From Auanema rhodensis (Eukaryota > Animalia > Nematoda), in assembly GCA_964057225.1 (NCBI GenBank), contig OZ059895.1, forward strand, positions 10,044,001 to 10,108,000: a DNA stretch of 64,000 nt, read 5' to 3'. The position numbers and the translations under genes are program-made. Below, piece after piece: positions 13,801 to 29,259 of the stretch (within the stretch, counting starts at the first letter, position 1; each line of letters starts with the position of its first letter). The notes under the pieces were generated by a model. That model was not told the DNA's origin. It ran no database searches and saw nothing but the letters and a program-made list of their open reading frames with translations.

Positions 13801-16800
13801 ATTGGAAAAAAAACTAAAACGAGGATAAGTATGTTAACCATTGAATATCAGATATTTTCGCTTACGACCATACCACGTTAAAAGTACGCCATACAGCTGA
13901 TTTTTAATTTTATCTCTTCCGTAACAAATGTTTTCAATTTTCAAGCATTTTAACTTAGATAGCTCAACCAAACGAGAGCAAATTATCTTCAATCTTATTT
14001 CTATATTACAGTTATAAACCAGTAGTTATTGAACCTTCGTCTAGACTTTACTGTTTTTATCTATTTCCTATCGAAACAAACATTGTTTAAACACTATGCA
14101 ACTGTGAAACCTTTTTTAATTTATTGTATTTGGAGCTCATAAGATTTGATATCATCGAGGGATCCTGATGGAACGTGGAAAATTACATAACTAACATGAA
14201 ATTGGAGAAAAAACTAAAACGAGGATAAGTATGTTAACCATTGAATATTAGATAATTTCGCTTACGACCATACCACGTTAAAAGTACGCCACACTGCTGA
14301 TTTTTAATTGTATCTCCGTAACAAATGTTTTCAATTTTCAAGCATTTTAACTTAGATAGCTCAACCAAAGGAAAGCAAATTATCTTCAATCTTATTTCTA
14401 TATTACAGTTATAAACCAGTAGTTATTGAACCTTCGTCTAGACTTTACTGTTTTTATCTATTTCCTATCAAAACAAACATTGTTTAAACACTATACAACT
14501 ATGAAACCTTTTTTAATTTATTGTATTTGGAGCTCATAAGATTTGATAACATCGAGGGTTCCTGATGGAACGTGGAAAATTACATAACTAACATTAAATT
14601 GGAAAAAAAACTAAAACGAGGATAAGTATGTTAACCATTGAATATCAGATATTTTCGCTTACGACCATACCACGTTAAAAGTACGCCATACAGCTGATTT
14701 TTAATTTTATCTCTTCCGTAACAAATGTTTTCAATTTTCAAGCATTTTAACTTAGATAGCTCAACCAAACGAGAGCAAATTATCTTCAATCTTATTTTTA
14801 TATTACAGTTATAAACCAGTAGTTATTGAACCTTCGTCTAGACTTTACTGTTTTTATCTATTTCCTATCAAAACAAACATTGTTTAAACACTATACAACT
14901 ATGAAACCTTTTTTAATTTATTGTATTTGGAGCTCATAAGATTTGATAACATCGAGGGTTCCTGATGGAACGTGGAAAATTACATAACTAACATTAAATT
15001 GGAAAAAAAACTAAAACGAGGATAAGTATGTTAACCATTGAATATCAGATATTTTCGCTTACGACCATACCACGTTAAAAGTACGCCATACAGCTGATTT
15101 TTAATTTTATCTCTTCCGTAACAAATGTTTTCAATTTTCAAGCATTTTAACTTAGATAGCTCAACCAAACGAGAGCAAATTATCTTCAATCTTATTTTTA
15201 TATTACAGTTATAAACCAGTAGTTATTGAACCTTCGTCTAGACTTTACTGTTTTTATCTATTTCCTATCAAAACAAACATTGTTTAAACACTATACAACT
15301 ATGAAACCTTTTTTAATTTATTGTATTTGGAGCTCATAAGATTTGATAACATCGAGGGTTCCTGATGGAACGTGGAAAATTACATAACTAACATTAAATT
15401 GGAAAAAAAACTAAAACGAGGATAAGTATGTTAACCATTGAATATCAGATATTTTCGCTTACGACCATACCACGTTAAAAGTACGCCATACAGCTGATTT
15501 TTAATTTTATCTCTTCCGTAACAAATGTTTTCAATTTTCAAGCATTTTAACTTAGATAGCTCAACCAAACGAGAGCAAATTATCTTCAATCTTATTTCTA
15601 CATTGCAGTTATAAACCAGTAGGTAATGAACCTTCGTCTTGACTTCACTGTTTTTATCTTTTCCCTATCGAAACTAACATTGTTTAAACACTATGCAACT
15701 GTGAAACCTTTTTTAATTTATTGTATTTGGAGCTCATAAGATTTGATATCATCAAGGGATCCTGATGGAACGTGGAAAATTACATAACTAACATGAAATT
15801 GGAGAAAAAACTAAAACGAGGATAAGTATGTTAACCATTGAATATTAGATAATTTCGCTTACGACCATACCACGTTAAAAGTACGCCACACTGCTGATTT
15901 TTAATTTTATCTCCGTAACAAATGTTTTCAATTTTCAAGCATTTTAACTTAGATAGCTCAACCAAAGGTAAGCAAATTATCTTCAATCTTATTTCTATAT
16001 TACAGTTATAAACCAGTAGTTATTGAACCTTCGTCTAGACTTTACTGTTTTTATCTATTTCCTATCAAAACAAACATTGTTTAAACACTATACAACTATG
16101 AAACCTTTTTTAATTTATCGTATTTGGAGCTCATAAGATTTGATATCATCGAGGGTTCCAGATGGAACGTAGAAAATTACATAACTAACATGAAATTGGA
16201 AAAAAAACAATAACGAGGATAAGTATGTAAATCATTGAATATCAGATATTTCCGCTTACGACCATACCACGTTGAAAATACGCCATACAGCTGATTTTTA
16301 AATTTATCTCTTCCGTAACAAATGTTTTCAATTTTCAAGCATTTTAACTTAGATAGCTCAACCAAACGAGAGCAAATTATCTTCAATCTTATTTCTATAT
16401 TGCAGTTATGAACCAGTAGGTAATGAACCTTCGTCTTGACTTCACTGTTTTTATATTTTTCCTATCGAAACTAACATTGTTTAAACACTATGCAACTGTG
16501 AAACCTTTTTTAATTTATTGTATTTGGAGCTCATAAGATTTGATATCATCGAGGGATCCTGATGGAACCTGGAAAATTACATAACTAACATGAAATTGGA
16601 AAAAAAACTGAAACGAGGATAAGTATGTTAACCATTGAATATCAGATAATTTTGCTTACGACCATACCACGTTAAAAGTACGCCACACAGCTGATTTTTA
16701 ATTTTATCTCCGTAACAAATGTTTTCAATTTTCAAGCATTTTAACTTAGATAGCTCAACCAAAGGAAAGCAAATTATCTTCAATCTTATTTCTATATTAC

Positions 16801-19800
16801 AGTTATAAACCAGTAGTTATTGAACCTTCGTCTAGACTTTACTGTTTTTATCTATTTCCTATCGAAACAAACATTGTTTAAACACTATGCAACTGTGAAA
16901 CCTTTTTTAATTTATTGTATTTGGAGCTCATAAGATTTGATATCATCGAGGGATCCTGATGGAACGTGGAAAATTACATAACTAACATGAAATTGGAGAA
17001 AAAACTAAAACGAGGATAAGTATGTTAACCATTGAATATTAGATAATTTCGCTTACGACCATACCACGTTAAAAGTACGCCACACTGCTGATTTTTAATT
17101 GTATCTCCGTAACAAATGTTTTCAATTTTCAAGCATTTTAACTTAGATAGCTCAACCAAAGGAAAGCAAATTATCTTCAATCTTATTTCTATATTACAGT
17201 TATAAACCAGTAGTTATTGAACCTTCGTCTAGACTTTACTGTTTTTATCTATTTCCTATCAAAACAAACATTGTTTAAACACTATACAACTATGAAACCT
17301 TTTTTAATTTATTGTATTTGGAGCTCATAAGATTTGATAACATCGAGGGTTCCTGATGGAACGTGGAAAATTACATAACTAACATTAAATTGGAAAAAAA
17401 ACTAAAACGAGGATAAGTATGTTAACCATTGAATATCAGATATTTTCGCTTACGACCATACCACGTTAAAAGTACGCCATACAGCTGATTTTTAATTTTA
17501 TCTCTTCCGTAACAAATGTTTTCAATTTTCAAGCATTTTAACTTAGATAGCTCAACCAAACGAGAGCAAATTATCTTCAATCTTATTTCTATATTACAGT
17601 TATAAACCAGTAGTTATTGAACCTTCGTCTAGACTTTACTGTTTTTATCTATTTCCTATCAAAACAAACATTGTTTAAACACTATACAACTATGAAACCT
17701 TTTTTAATTTATTGTATTTGGAGCTTATAAGATTTGATAACATCGAGGGTTCCTGATGGAACGTGGAAAATTACATAACTAACATTAAATTGGAAAAAAA
17801 ACTAAAACGAGGATAAGTATGTTAACCATTGAATATCAGATATTTTTGCTTACGACCATACCACGTTAAAAGTACGCCATACAGCTGATTTTTAATTTTA
17901 TCTCTTCCGTAACAAATGTTTTCAATTTTCAAGCATTTTAACTTAGATAGCTCAACCAAACGAGAGCAAATTATCTTCAATCTTATTTCTATATTGCAGT
18001 TATAAACCAGTAGGTAATGAACCTTCGTCTTGACTTCACTGTTTTTATCTTTTCCCTATCGAAACTAACATTGTTTAAACACTATGCAACTGTGAAACCT
18101 TTTTTAATTTATTGTATTTGGAGCTCATAAGATTTGATATCATCAAGGGATCCTGATGGAACGTGGAAAATTACATAACTAACATGAAATTGGAGAAAAA
18201 ACTAAAACGAGGATAAGTATGTTAACCATTGAATTTTAGATAATTTCGCTTACGACCATACCACGTTAAAAGTACGCCACACTGCTGATTTTTAATTTTA
18301 TCTCCGTAACAAATGTTTTCAATTTTCAAGCATTTTAACTTAGATAGCTCAACCAAAGGAAAGCAAATTATCTTCAATCTTATTTCTATATTACAGTTAT
18401 AAACCAGTAGTTATTGAACCTTCGTCTAGACTTTACTGTTTTTATCTATTTCCTATCAAAACAAACATTGTTTGAACACTATACAACTATGAAACCTTTT
18501 TTAATTTATCGTATTTGGAGCTCATAAGATTTGATATCATCGAGGGTTCCAGATGGAACGTAGAAAATTACATAACTAACATGAAATTGGAAAAAAAACA
18601 ATAACGAGGATAAGTATGTAAATCATTGAATATCAGATATTTCCGCTTACGACCATACCACGTTGAAAGTACGCCATACAGCTGATTTTTAAATTTATCT
18701 CTTCCGTAACAAATGTTTTCAATTTTCAAGCATTTTAACTTAGATAGCTCAACCAAACGAGAGCAAATTATCTTCAATCTTATTTCTATATTGCAGTTAT
18801 GAACCAGTAGGTAATGAACCTTCGTCTTGACTTCACTGTTTTTATATTTTTCCAATCGAAACTAACATTGTTTAAACACTATGCAACTGTGAAACCTTTT
18901 TTAATTTATTGTATTTGGAGCTCATAAGATTTGATATCATCGAGGGATCCTGATGGAACCTGGAAAATTACATAACTAACATGAAATTGGAAAAAAAACT
19001 GAAACGAGGATAAGTATGTTAACCATTGAATATCAGATAATTTTGCTTACGACCATACCACGTTAAAAGTACGCCACACAGCTGATTTTTAATTTTATCT
19101 CCGTAACAAATGTTTTCAATTTTCAAGCATTTTAACTTAGATAGCTCAACCAAAGCAAAGCAAATTATCTTCAATCTTATTTCTATATTACAGTTATAAA
19201 CCAGTAGTTATTGAACCTTCGTCTAGACTTTACTGTTTTTTTCTATTTCCTATCAAAACAAACATTGTTTAAACACTATGCAACTGTGAAACCTTTTTTA
19301 ATTTATTGTATTTGGAGCTCATAAGATTTGATATCATCGAGGGATCCTGATGGAACGTGGAAAATTACATAACTAACATGAAATTGGAGAAAAAACTAAA
19401 ACGAGGATAAGTATGTTAACCATTGAATATTAGATAATTTCGCTTACGACCATACCACGTTAAAAGTACGCCACACAGCTGATTTTTAATTTTATCTCCG
19501 TAACAAATGTTTTCAATTTTCAAGCATTTTAACTTAGATAGCTCAACCAAAGGAAAACAAATTATCTTCAATCTTATTTCTATATTACAGTTATAAACCA
19601 GTAGTTATTGAACCTTCGTCTAGACTTTACTGTTTTTATCTATTTCCTATCAAAACAAACATTGTTTAAACACTATACAACTATGAAACCTTTTTTGATT
19701 TATCGTATTTGGAGCTCATAAGATTTGATATCATCGAGGGTTCCAGATGGAACGTGAAAAATTACATAACTAACATAAAATTTGAAAAAAAACTATAACG

Positions 19801-19838
19801 AGGATAAGTAGGTAAACCATTGAATATCAGATATTTTC

Positions 19839-19957
19839 GCTTACGACCATACCACGTTGAAAGTACGCCATCCCGTCCGATCTGGCAAGTCAAGCAACGT
19901 TGGGCCCGGTTAGTACATGGATCGGAGACGGCTTGGGAATCCCGGGTGCCGTATGCT
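19839..19957 (+). rRNA. 5S: 5S rRNA gene, variant T79A+A116T (possibly defective)
   Basis: Same variant as the copy at 5622. Confidence 0.85.
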
Positions 19958-22763
19958 TTTCAAATTTTTTTAACGATCATAACACGTTGAAAGTACGCCA
20001 TGCAGCTGATTTTCAATTTTAACTCTTCTATAACAAATTTTTTCAATTTTCAAGCAGTTTTACTTGGATAGCTCAACCAAAGCAGAGCAAAATATCTACA
20101 ATCTTATTTCTATATTACAGTTATAAACCAGTAGTTATTGAACCTTCATCTTAACTTTACTGTTTCTATCTATTTCCTATCGAAACAAACATTGTTTAAA
20201 CACTATGCAACTGTGAAACCTTTCTTATTTTATTGTATTTGGAGCTCATAAGATTTGATATCATCGAGGGATCCTGATGGAACGTGGAAAATTACATAAC
20301 TAACATGAAATTGGAAAAAAAACTAAAACGAGGATAAGTATGTTAACCATTGAATATCAGATAATTTCGCTTACGACCATACCACGTTAAAAGTACGCCA
20401 TACAGCTGAATTTTAATTTTATCTCTTCCGTAACAAATGTTTTCAATTTTCAAGCATTTTAACTTAGATAGCTCAACCAAAGGAAAGCAAATTATCTTCA
20501 ATCTTATTTCTATATTACAGTTATAAACCAGTAGTTATCAAACCTTCATCTTAACTTTACTGTTTCTATCTATTTCCTATCGAAACAAACATTGTTTAAA
20601 CACTATGCAACTGTGAAACCTCTTCAATTTATTGCATTTGGAGCTTATAAGATTTGATATCATCGAGGGATCCTGATGGAACGTGGAAAATTACATAACT
20701 AACATGAAATTGGAAAAAAAACTAAAACGAGGATAAGTATGTTAACCATTGAATATCAGATAATTTCGCTTACGACCATACCACGTTAAAAGTACGCCAT
20801 ACAGCTGAATTTTAATTTTATCTCTTCCGTAACAAATGTTTTCAATTTTCAAGCATTTTAACTTAGATAGCTCAACCAAAGGAAAGCAAAGTATCTTCAA
20901 TCTTATTTCTATATTACAGTTATAAACCAGTAGTTATCAAACCTTCATCTTAACTTTACTGTTTCTATCTATTTCCTATCGAAACAAACATTGTTTAAAC
21001 ACTATGCAACTGTGAAACCTCTTCAATTTATTGCATTTGGAGCTTATAAGATTTGATATCATCGAGGGATCCTGATGGAACGTGGAAAATTACATAACTA
21101 ACATGAAATTGGAAAAAAAACTAAAACGAGGATAAGTATGTTAACCATTGAATATCAGATAATTTCGCTTACGATCATACCACGTTAAAAGTACGCCATA
21201 CAGCTGAATTTTAATTTTATCTCTTCCGTAACAAATGTTTTCAATTTTCAAGCATTTTAACTTAGATAGCTCAACCAAAGGAAAGCAAATTATCTTCAAT
21301 CTTATTTCTATTTTACAGTTATGAACCAGTAGGTAATGAACCTTCGTCTTGACTTCACTGTTTTTATATTTTTCCTATCGAAACAAACATTGTTTAAACA
21401 CTATGCAACTGTGAAACCTCTTCAATTTATTGCATTTGGAGCTTATAAGATTTGATATCATCGAGGGATCCTGATGGAACGTGGAAAATTACATAACTAA
21501 CATGAAATTGGAAAAAAAACTAAAACGAGGATAAGTATGTTAACCATTGAATATCAGATAATTTCGCTTACGACCATACCACGTTAAAAGTACGCCATAC
21601 AGCTGAATTTTAATTTTATCTCTTCCGTAACAAATGTTTTCAATTTTCAAGCATTTTAACTTAGATAGCTCAACCAAAGGAAAGCAAATTATCTTCAATC
21701 TTATTTCTATATTACAGTTATAAACCAGTAGTTATCAAACCTTCATCTTAACTTTACTGTTTCTATCTATTTCCTATCGAAACAAACATTGTTTAAACAC
21801 TATGCAACTGTGAAACCTCTTCAATTAATTGCATTTGGAGCTTATAAGATTTGATATCATCGAGGGATCCTGATGGAACGTGGAAAATTACATAACTAAC
21901 ATGAAATTGGAAAAAAAACTAAAACGAGGATAAGTATGTTAACCATTGAATATCAGATAATTTCGCTTACGACCATACCACGTTAAAAGTACGCCATACA
22001 GCTGAATTTTAATTTTATCTCTTCCGTAACAAATGTTTTCAATTTTCAAGCATTTTTACTTAGATAGCTCAACCAAAGGAGAGCAAATTATCTTCAATCT
22101 TATTTCTATATTACAGTTATAAACCAGTAGTTATTAAACCTTCATCTTAACTTTACTGTTTCTATCTATTTCCTATCGAAACAAACATTGTTTAAACACT
22201 ATGCAACTTTGAAACCCTTTTTAATTTATTGTTTTTGGAGCTCATAAGATTTGATATCATCGAGGGATCCTAATGGAACGTGGAAAATTACATAACTAAC
22301 ATTAAATTGGAAAAAAACTAAAACGAGGATAAGTATGTTAACCATTGAATATCAGATATTTTCGCTTACGACCATACCACGTTAAAAGTACGCAATACAG
22401 CTGATTTTTAATTTTATCTCTTCCGTAACAAATGTTTTCAATTTTCAAGCATTTTAACTTAGATAGCTCAACCAAACGAGAGCAAATTATCTTCAATCTT
22501 ATTTCTATATTGCAGTTATAAACCAGTAGTAAATGAACCTTCGTCTTGACTTCACTGTTTTTATCTTTTTCCTATCGAAACAAACATTGTTTAAACACTA
22601 TGCAACTTTGAAACCCTTTTTAATTTATTGTATTTGGAGCTCATAAGATTTGATATCATCGAGGGATCCTGAAGGAACGTGGAAAATTACATAACTAACA
22701 TAAAATTTGAAAAAAAACTATAACGAGGATAAGTAGGTAAACCATTGAATATCAGATATTTTC

Positions 22764-22882
22764 GCTTACGACCATACCACGTTGAAAGTACGCCATCCCG
22801 TCCGATCTGGCAAGTCAAGCAACGTTGGGCCCGGTTAGTACTTGGACCGGAGACGGCTTGGGAATCCCGGGTGCCGTAAGCT
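22764..22882 (+). rRNA. 5S: 5S rRNA gene (T84C)
   Basis: Full-length 5S plus terminator. Confidence 0.93.
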
Positions 22883-24889
22883 TTTCAAATTTTTTTAACG
22901 ATCATAACACGTTGAAAGTACGCCATACAGCTGATTTTCAATTTTATCTCTTCTGTAACAAATTTTTTCAATTTTTAAGCAGTTTTACTTGGATAGCTCA
23001 ACCGAAGCAGAGCAAAATATCTACAATCTTATTTCTATATTACAGTTATAAACCAGTAGTTATTGAACCTTCATCTTAACTTTACTGTTTCTATCTATTT
23101 CCTATCGAAACAAACATTGTTTAAACACTATGCAACTTTGAAACCCTTTTTAATTTATTGTTTTTGGAGCTCATAAGATTTGATATCATCGAGGGATCCT
23201 GATGGAACGTGGAAAATTACATAACTAACATTAAATTGGAAAAAAAACTGAAACGAGGATAAGTATGTTAACCATTGAATATCAGATATTTTCGCTTACG
23301 ACCATACCACGTTAAAAGTACGCCATACAGCTGATTTTTAATTTTATCTCTTCCGTAACAAATGTTTTCAATTTTCAAGCATTTTAACTTAGATAGCTCA
23401 ACCAAACGAGAGCAAATTATCTTCAATCTTATTTCTATATTGCAGTTATGAACCAGTAGGTAATGAACCTTCGTCTTGACTTCACTGTTTTTATCTTTTT
23501 CCTATCGAAACTAACATTGTTTAAACACTATGCAACTGTGAAACCTTTTTTAATTTATTGTATTTGGAGCTCATAAGATTTGATATCATCGAGGGATCCT
23601 GATGGAACGTGGAAAATTACATAACTAACATGAGATTGCAAAAAATCTAAAACGAGGATAAGTATGTTAACTATTGAATGTCAGATAATTTCGCTTACGA
23701 CCATACCACGTTAAAAGTACGCCACACAGCTGATTTTTAATTTTATCTCCGTAACAAATGTTTTCAATTTTCAAGCATTTTAACTTAGATAGCTCAACCA
23801 AAGGAAAGCAAATTATCTTCAATCTTATTTCTATATTACAGTTATAAACCAGTAGTTATTGAACCTTCGTCTAGACTTTAGTGTTTTTATCTATTTCCTA
23901 TCAAAACAAACATTGTTTAAACACTATGCAACTTTGAAACCCTTTTTAATTTATTGTTTTTGGAGCTCATAAGATTTGATATCATCGAGGGATCCTGTCG
24001 GAACGTGGAAAATTACATAACTAACATTAAATTGGAAAAAAAACTAAAACGAGGATAAGTATGTTAACCATTGACAATCAGATATTTTCGCTTACGACCA
24101 TACCACGTCAAAAGTACGCCATACAGCTGATTTTTAATTTTATCTCTTCCGTAACAAATGTTTTCAATTTTGAAGCATTTTAACTTAGATAGCTCAACCA
24201 AACGAGAGCAAATTATCTTCAATCTTATTTCTATATTGCAGTTATAAACCAGTAGGTAATGAACCTTCGTCTTGACTTCACTGTTTTTATCTTTTTCCTA
24301 TCGAAACAAACATTGTTTAAACACTATGCAACTGTGAAACCTTTTTTAATTTATTGTATTTGGAGCTCATAAGATTTGATATCATCGAGGGATCCTGAAG
24401 AAACGTGGAAAATTACATAACTAACATAAAATTTGAAAAAAAACTATAACGAGGATAAGTATGTTAACCATTGACAATCAGATATTTTCGCTTACGACCA
24501 TACTACGTTAAAAGTACGCCATACAGCTGATTTTTAATTTTATCTCTTCCGTAACAAATGTTTTCAATTTTCAAGTATTTTAACTTAGATAGCTCAACCA
24601 AACGAGAGCAAATTATCTTCAATCTTATTTCTATATTGCAGTTATAAACCAGTAGGTAATGAACCTTCGTCTTGACTTCACTGTTTTTATCTTTTTCCTA
24701 TCGAAACAAACATTGTTTAAACACTATGCAACTGTGAAACCTTTTTTAATTTATTGTATTTGGAGCTCATAAGATTTGATATTATCGAGGGATCCTGAAG
24801 GAACGTGGAAAATTACATAACTAACATAAAATTTGAAAAAAAACTATAACGAGGATAAGTAGGTAAACCATTGAATATCAGATATTTTC

Positions 24890-25008
24890 GTTTACGACCA
24901 TACCACGTTGAAAGTACGCCATCCCGTCCGATCTGGCAAGTCAAGCAACGTTGGGCCCGGTTAGTACTTGGATCGGAGACGGCTTGGGAATCCCGGGTGC
25001 CGTAAGCT
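24890..25008 (+). rRNA. 5S: 5S rRNA gene (C2T)
   Basis: Full-length, starts GTTTACGACC. Confidence 0.93.
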
Positions 25009-27014
25009 TTTCAAATTTTTTTAACGATCATAACACGTTGAAAGTACGCCATACAGCTGAATTTCAATTTTATCTCTTCTGTAACAAATTTTTTCAATTT
25101 TTAAGCAGTTTTACTTGGATAGCTCAACCGAAGCAGAGCAAAATATCTACAATCTTATTTCTATATTACAGTTATAAACCAGTAGTTATTGAACCTTCAT
25201 CTTAACTTTACTGTTTCTATCTATTTCCTATCGAAACAAACATTGTTTAAACACTATGCAACTTTGAAACCTCTTCAATTTATTGCATTTGGAGCTCATA
25301 AGATTTGATATCATCGAGGGATCCTGATGGAACGTGGAAAATTACATAACTAACATGAAATTGGAAAAAAAACTAAAACGAGGATAAGTATGTTAACCAT
25401 TGAATATCAGATATTTTCGCTTACTTCCATACTACGTTAAACGTACGCCATACAGCTGATTTTTAATTTTATCTCTTCCGTAACAAATGTTTTCAATTTT
25501 CAAGCATTTTAACTTAGATAGCTCAACCAAACGAGAGCAAATTATCTTCAATCTTATTTCTATATTGCAGTTATGAACCAGTAGGTAATGAACCTTCGTC
25601 TTGACTTCACTGTTTTTATCTTTTTCCTATCGAAACTAACATTGTTTAAACACTATGCAACTGTGAAACCTTTTTTAATTTATTGTATTTGGAGCTCATA
25701 AGATTTGATATCATCGAGGGATCCTGATGGAACGTGGAAAATTACATAACTAACATGAGATTGCAAAAAATCTAAAACGAGGATAAGTATGTTAACTATT
25801 GAATGTCAGATAATTTCGCTTACGACCATACCACGTTAAAAGTACGCCACACAGCTGATTTTTAATTTTATCTCCGTAACAAATGTTTTCAATTTTCAAG
25901 CATTTTAACTTAGATAGCTCAACCAAACGAAAGCAAATTATCTTCAATCTTATTTCTATATTACAGTTATAAACCAGTAGTTATTGAACCTTCGTCTAGA
26001 CTTTAGTGTTTTTATCTATTTCCTATCAAAACAAACATTGTTTAAACACTATGCAACTTTGAAACCCTTTTTAATTTATTGTTTTTGGAGCTCATAAGAT
26101 TTGATATCATCGAGGGATCCTGTCGGAACGTGGAAAATTACATAACTAACATTAAATTGGAAAAAAAACTAAAACGAGGATAAGTATGTTAACCATTGAC
26201 AATCAGATATTTTCGCTTACGACCATACCACGTCAAAAGTACGCCATACAGCTGATTTTTAATTTTATCTCTTCCGTAACAAATGTTTTCAATTTTCAAG
26301 CATTTTAACTTAGATAGCTCAACCAAACGAGAGCAAATTATCTTCAATCTTATTTCTATATTGCAGTGATAAACCAGTAGGTAATGAACCTTCGTCTTGA
26401 CTTCACTGTTTTTATCTTTTTCCTATCGAAACAAACATTGTTTAAACACTATGCAACTGTGAAACCTTTTTTAATTTATTGTATTTGGAGCTCATAAGAT
26501 TTGATATCATCGAGGGATCCTGAAGGAACGTGGAAAATTACATAACTAACATAAAATTTGAAAAAAAACTATAACGAGGATAAGTATGTTAACCATTGAC
26601 AATCAGATATTTTCGCTTACGACCATACTACGTTAAAAGTACGCCATACAGCTGATTTTTAATTTTATCTCTTCCGTAACAAATGTTTTCAATTTTCAAG
26701 TATTTTAACTTAGATAGCTCAACCAAACGAGAGCAAATTATCTTCAATCTTATTTCTATATTGCAGTTATAAATCAGTAGGTAATGAACCTTCGTCTTGA
26801 CTTCACTGTTTTTATCTTTTTCCTATCGAAACAAACATTGTTTAAACACTATGCAACTGTGAAACCTTTTTTAATTTATTGTATTTGGAGCTCATAAGAT
26901 TTGATATTATCGAGGGATCCTGAAGGAACGTGGAAAATTACATAACTAACATAAAATTTGAAAAAAAACTATAACGAGGATAAGTAGGTAAACCATTGAA
27001 TATCAGATATTTTC

Positions 27015-27133
27015 GTTTACGACCATACCACGTTGAAAGTACGCCATCCCGTCCGATCTGGCAAGTCAAGCAACGTTGGGCCCGGTTAGTACTTGGATCG
27101 GAGACGGCTTGGGAATCCCGGGTGCCGTAAGCT
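27015..27133 (+). rRNA. 5S: 5S rRNA gene (C2T)
   Basis: Full-length 5S plus terminator. Confidence 0.93.
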
Positions 27134-28343
27134 TTTCAAATTTTTTTAACGATCATAACACGTTGAAAGTACGCCATACAGCTGAATTTCAATTTTATCT
27201 CTTCTGTAACAAATTTTTTCAATTTTTAAGCAGTTTTACTTGGATAGCTCAACCGAAGCAGAGCAAAATATCTACAATCTTATTTCTATATTACAGTTAT
27301 AAACCAGTAGTTATTGAACCTTCATCTTAACTTTACTGTTTCTATCTATTTCCTATCGAAACAAACATTGTTTAAACACTATGCAACTTTGAAACCCTTT
27401 TTAATTTATTGTTTTTGGAGCTCATAAGATTTGATATCATCGAGGGATCCTGATGGAACGTGGAAAATTACATAACTAACATTAAATTGGAAAAAAAACT
27501 GAAACGAGGATAACTATGTTAACCATTGAATATCAGATATTTTCGCTTACTTCCATACTACGTTAAACGTACGCCATACAGCTGATTTTTAATTTTATCT
27601 CTTCCGTAACAAATGTTTTCAATTTTCAAGCATTTTTACTTAGATAGCTCAACCAAAGGAGAGCAAATTATCTTCATTCTTATTTCTATATTACAGTTAT
27701 AAACCAGTAGTTATTGAACCTTCATCTTAACTTTACTGTTTCTATCTATTTCCTATCGAAACAAACATTGTTTAAACACTATGCAACTTTGAAACCCTTT
27801 TTAATTTATTGTTTTTGGAGCTCATAAGATTTGATATCATCGAGGGATCCTGATGGAACGTGGAAAATTACATAACTAACATTAAATTGGAAAAAAAACT
27901 GAAACGAGGATAACTATGTTAACCATTGAATATCAGATATTTTCGCTTACGACCATACCACGTTAAAAGTACGCCATACAGCTGATTTTTAATTTTATCT
28001 CTTCCGTAACAAATGTTTTCAATTTTCAAGCATTTTAACTTAGATAGCTCAACCAAACGAGAGCAAATTATCTTCAATCTTATTTCTATATTGCAGTTAT
28101 GAACCAGTAGGTAATGAACCTTCGTCTTGACTTCACTGTTTTTATCTTTTTCCTATCGAAACTAACATTGTTTAAACACTATGCAACTGTGAAACCTTTT
28201 TTAATTTATTGTATTTGGAGCTCATAAGATTTGATATCATCGAGGGATCCTGATGGAACGTGGAAAATTACATAACTAACATGAGATTGCAAAAAAACTG
28301 AAACGAGGATAAGTATGTTAACTATTGAATATCAGATATTTTC

Positions 28344-28462
28344 GCTTATGACCATACCACGTTGAAAGTACGCCATCCCGTCCGATCTGGCAAGTCAAGC
28401 AACGTTGGGCCCGGTTAGTACTTGGATCGGAGACGGCTTGGGAATCCCGGGTGCCGTAAGCT
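28344..28462 (+). rRNA. 5S: 5S rRNA gene (C6T)
   Basis: Full-length, starts GCTTATGACC; satellite-type upstream flank. Confidence 0.93.
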
Positions 28463-29259
28463 TTTCAAATTTTTTTAACGATCATAACACGTTGAAAGTA
28501 CGCCATACAGCTGATTTTCAATTTTATCTCTTCTGTAACAAATTTTTTCAATTTTTAAGCAGTTTTACTTGGATAGCTCAACCGAAGCAGAGCAAAATAT
28601 CTACAATCTTATTTCTATATTACAGTTATAAACCAGTAGTTATTGAACCTTCATCTTAACTTTACTGTTTCTATCTATTTCCTATCGAAACAAACATTTG
28701 CAACTGTGAAACCTCTTCAATTTATTGCATTTGGAGCTCATAAGATTTGATATCATCGAGGGATCCTGTCGGAACGTGGAAAATTACATAACTAACATTA
28801 AATTGGAAAAAAAACTAAAACGAAGATAAGTATGTTAACCATTGACAATCAGATATTTTCGCTTACGACCATACCACGTCAAAAGTACGCCATACAGCTG
28901 ATTTTTAATTTTATCTCTTCCGTAACAAATGTTTTCAATTTTCAAGTATTTTAACTCAGATAGCTCAACCAAACGAGAGCAAATTATCTTCAATCTTATT
29001 TCTATATTGCAGTTATAAACCAGTAGGTAATGAACCTTCGTCTTGACTTCACTGTTTTTATCTTTTTCCTATCGAAACAAACATTGTTTAAACACTATGC
29101 AACTGTGAAACCTTTTTTAATTTATTGTATTTGGAGCTCATAAGATTTGATATCATCGAGGGATCCTGAAGGAACGTGGAAAATTACATAACTAACATAA
29201 AATTTGAAAAAAACTATAACGAGGATAAGTAGGTAAACCATTGAATATCAAATATTTTC

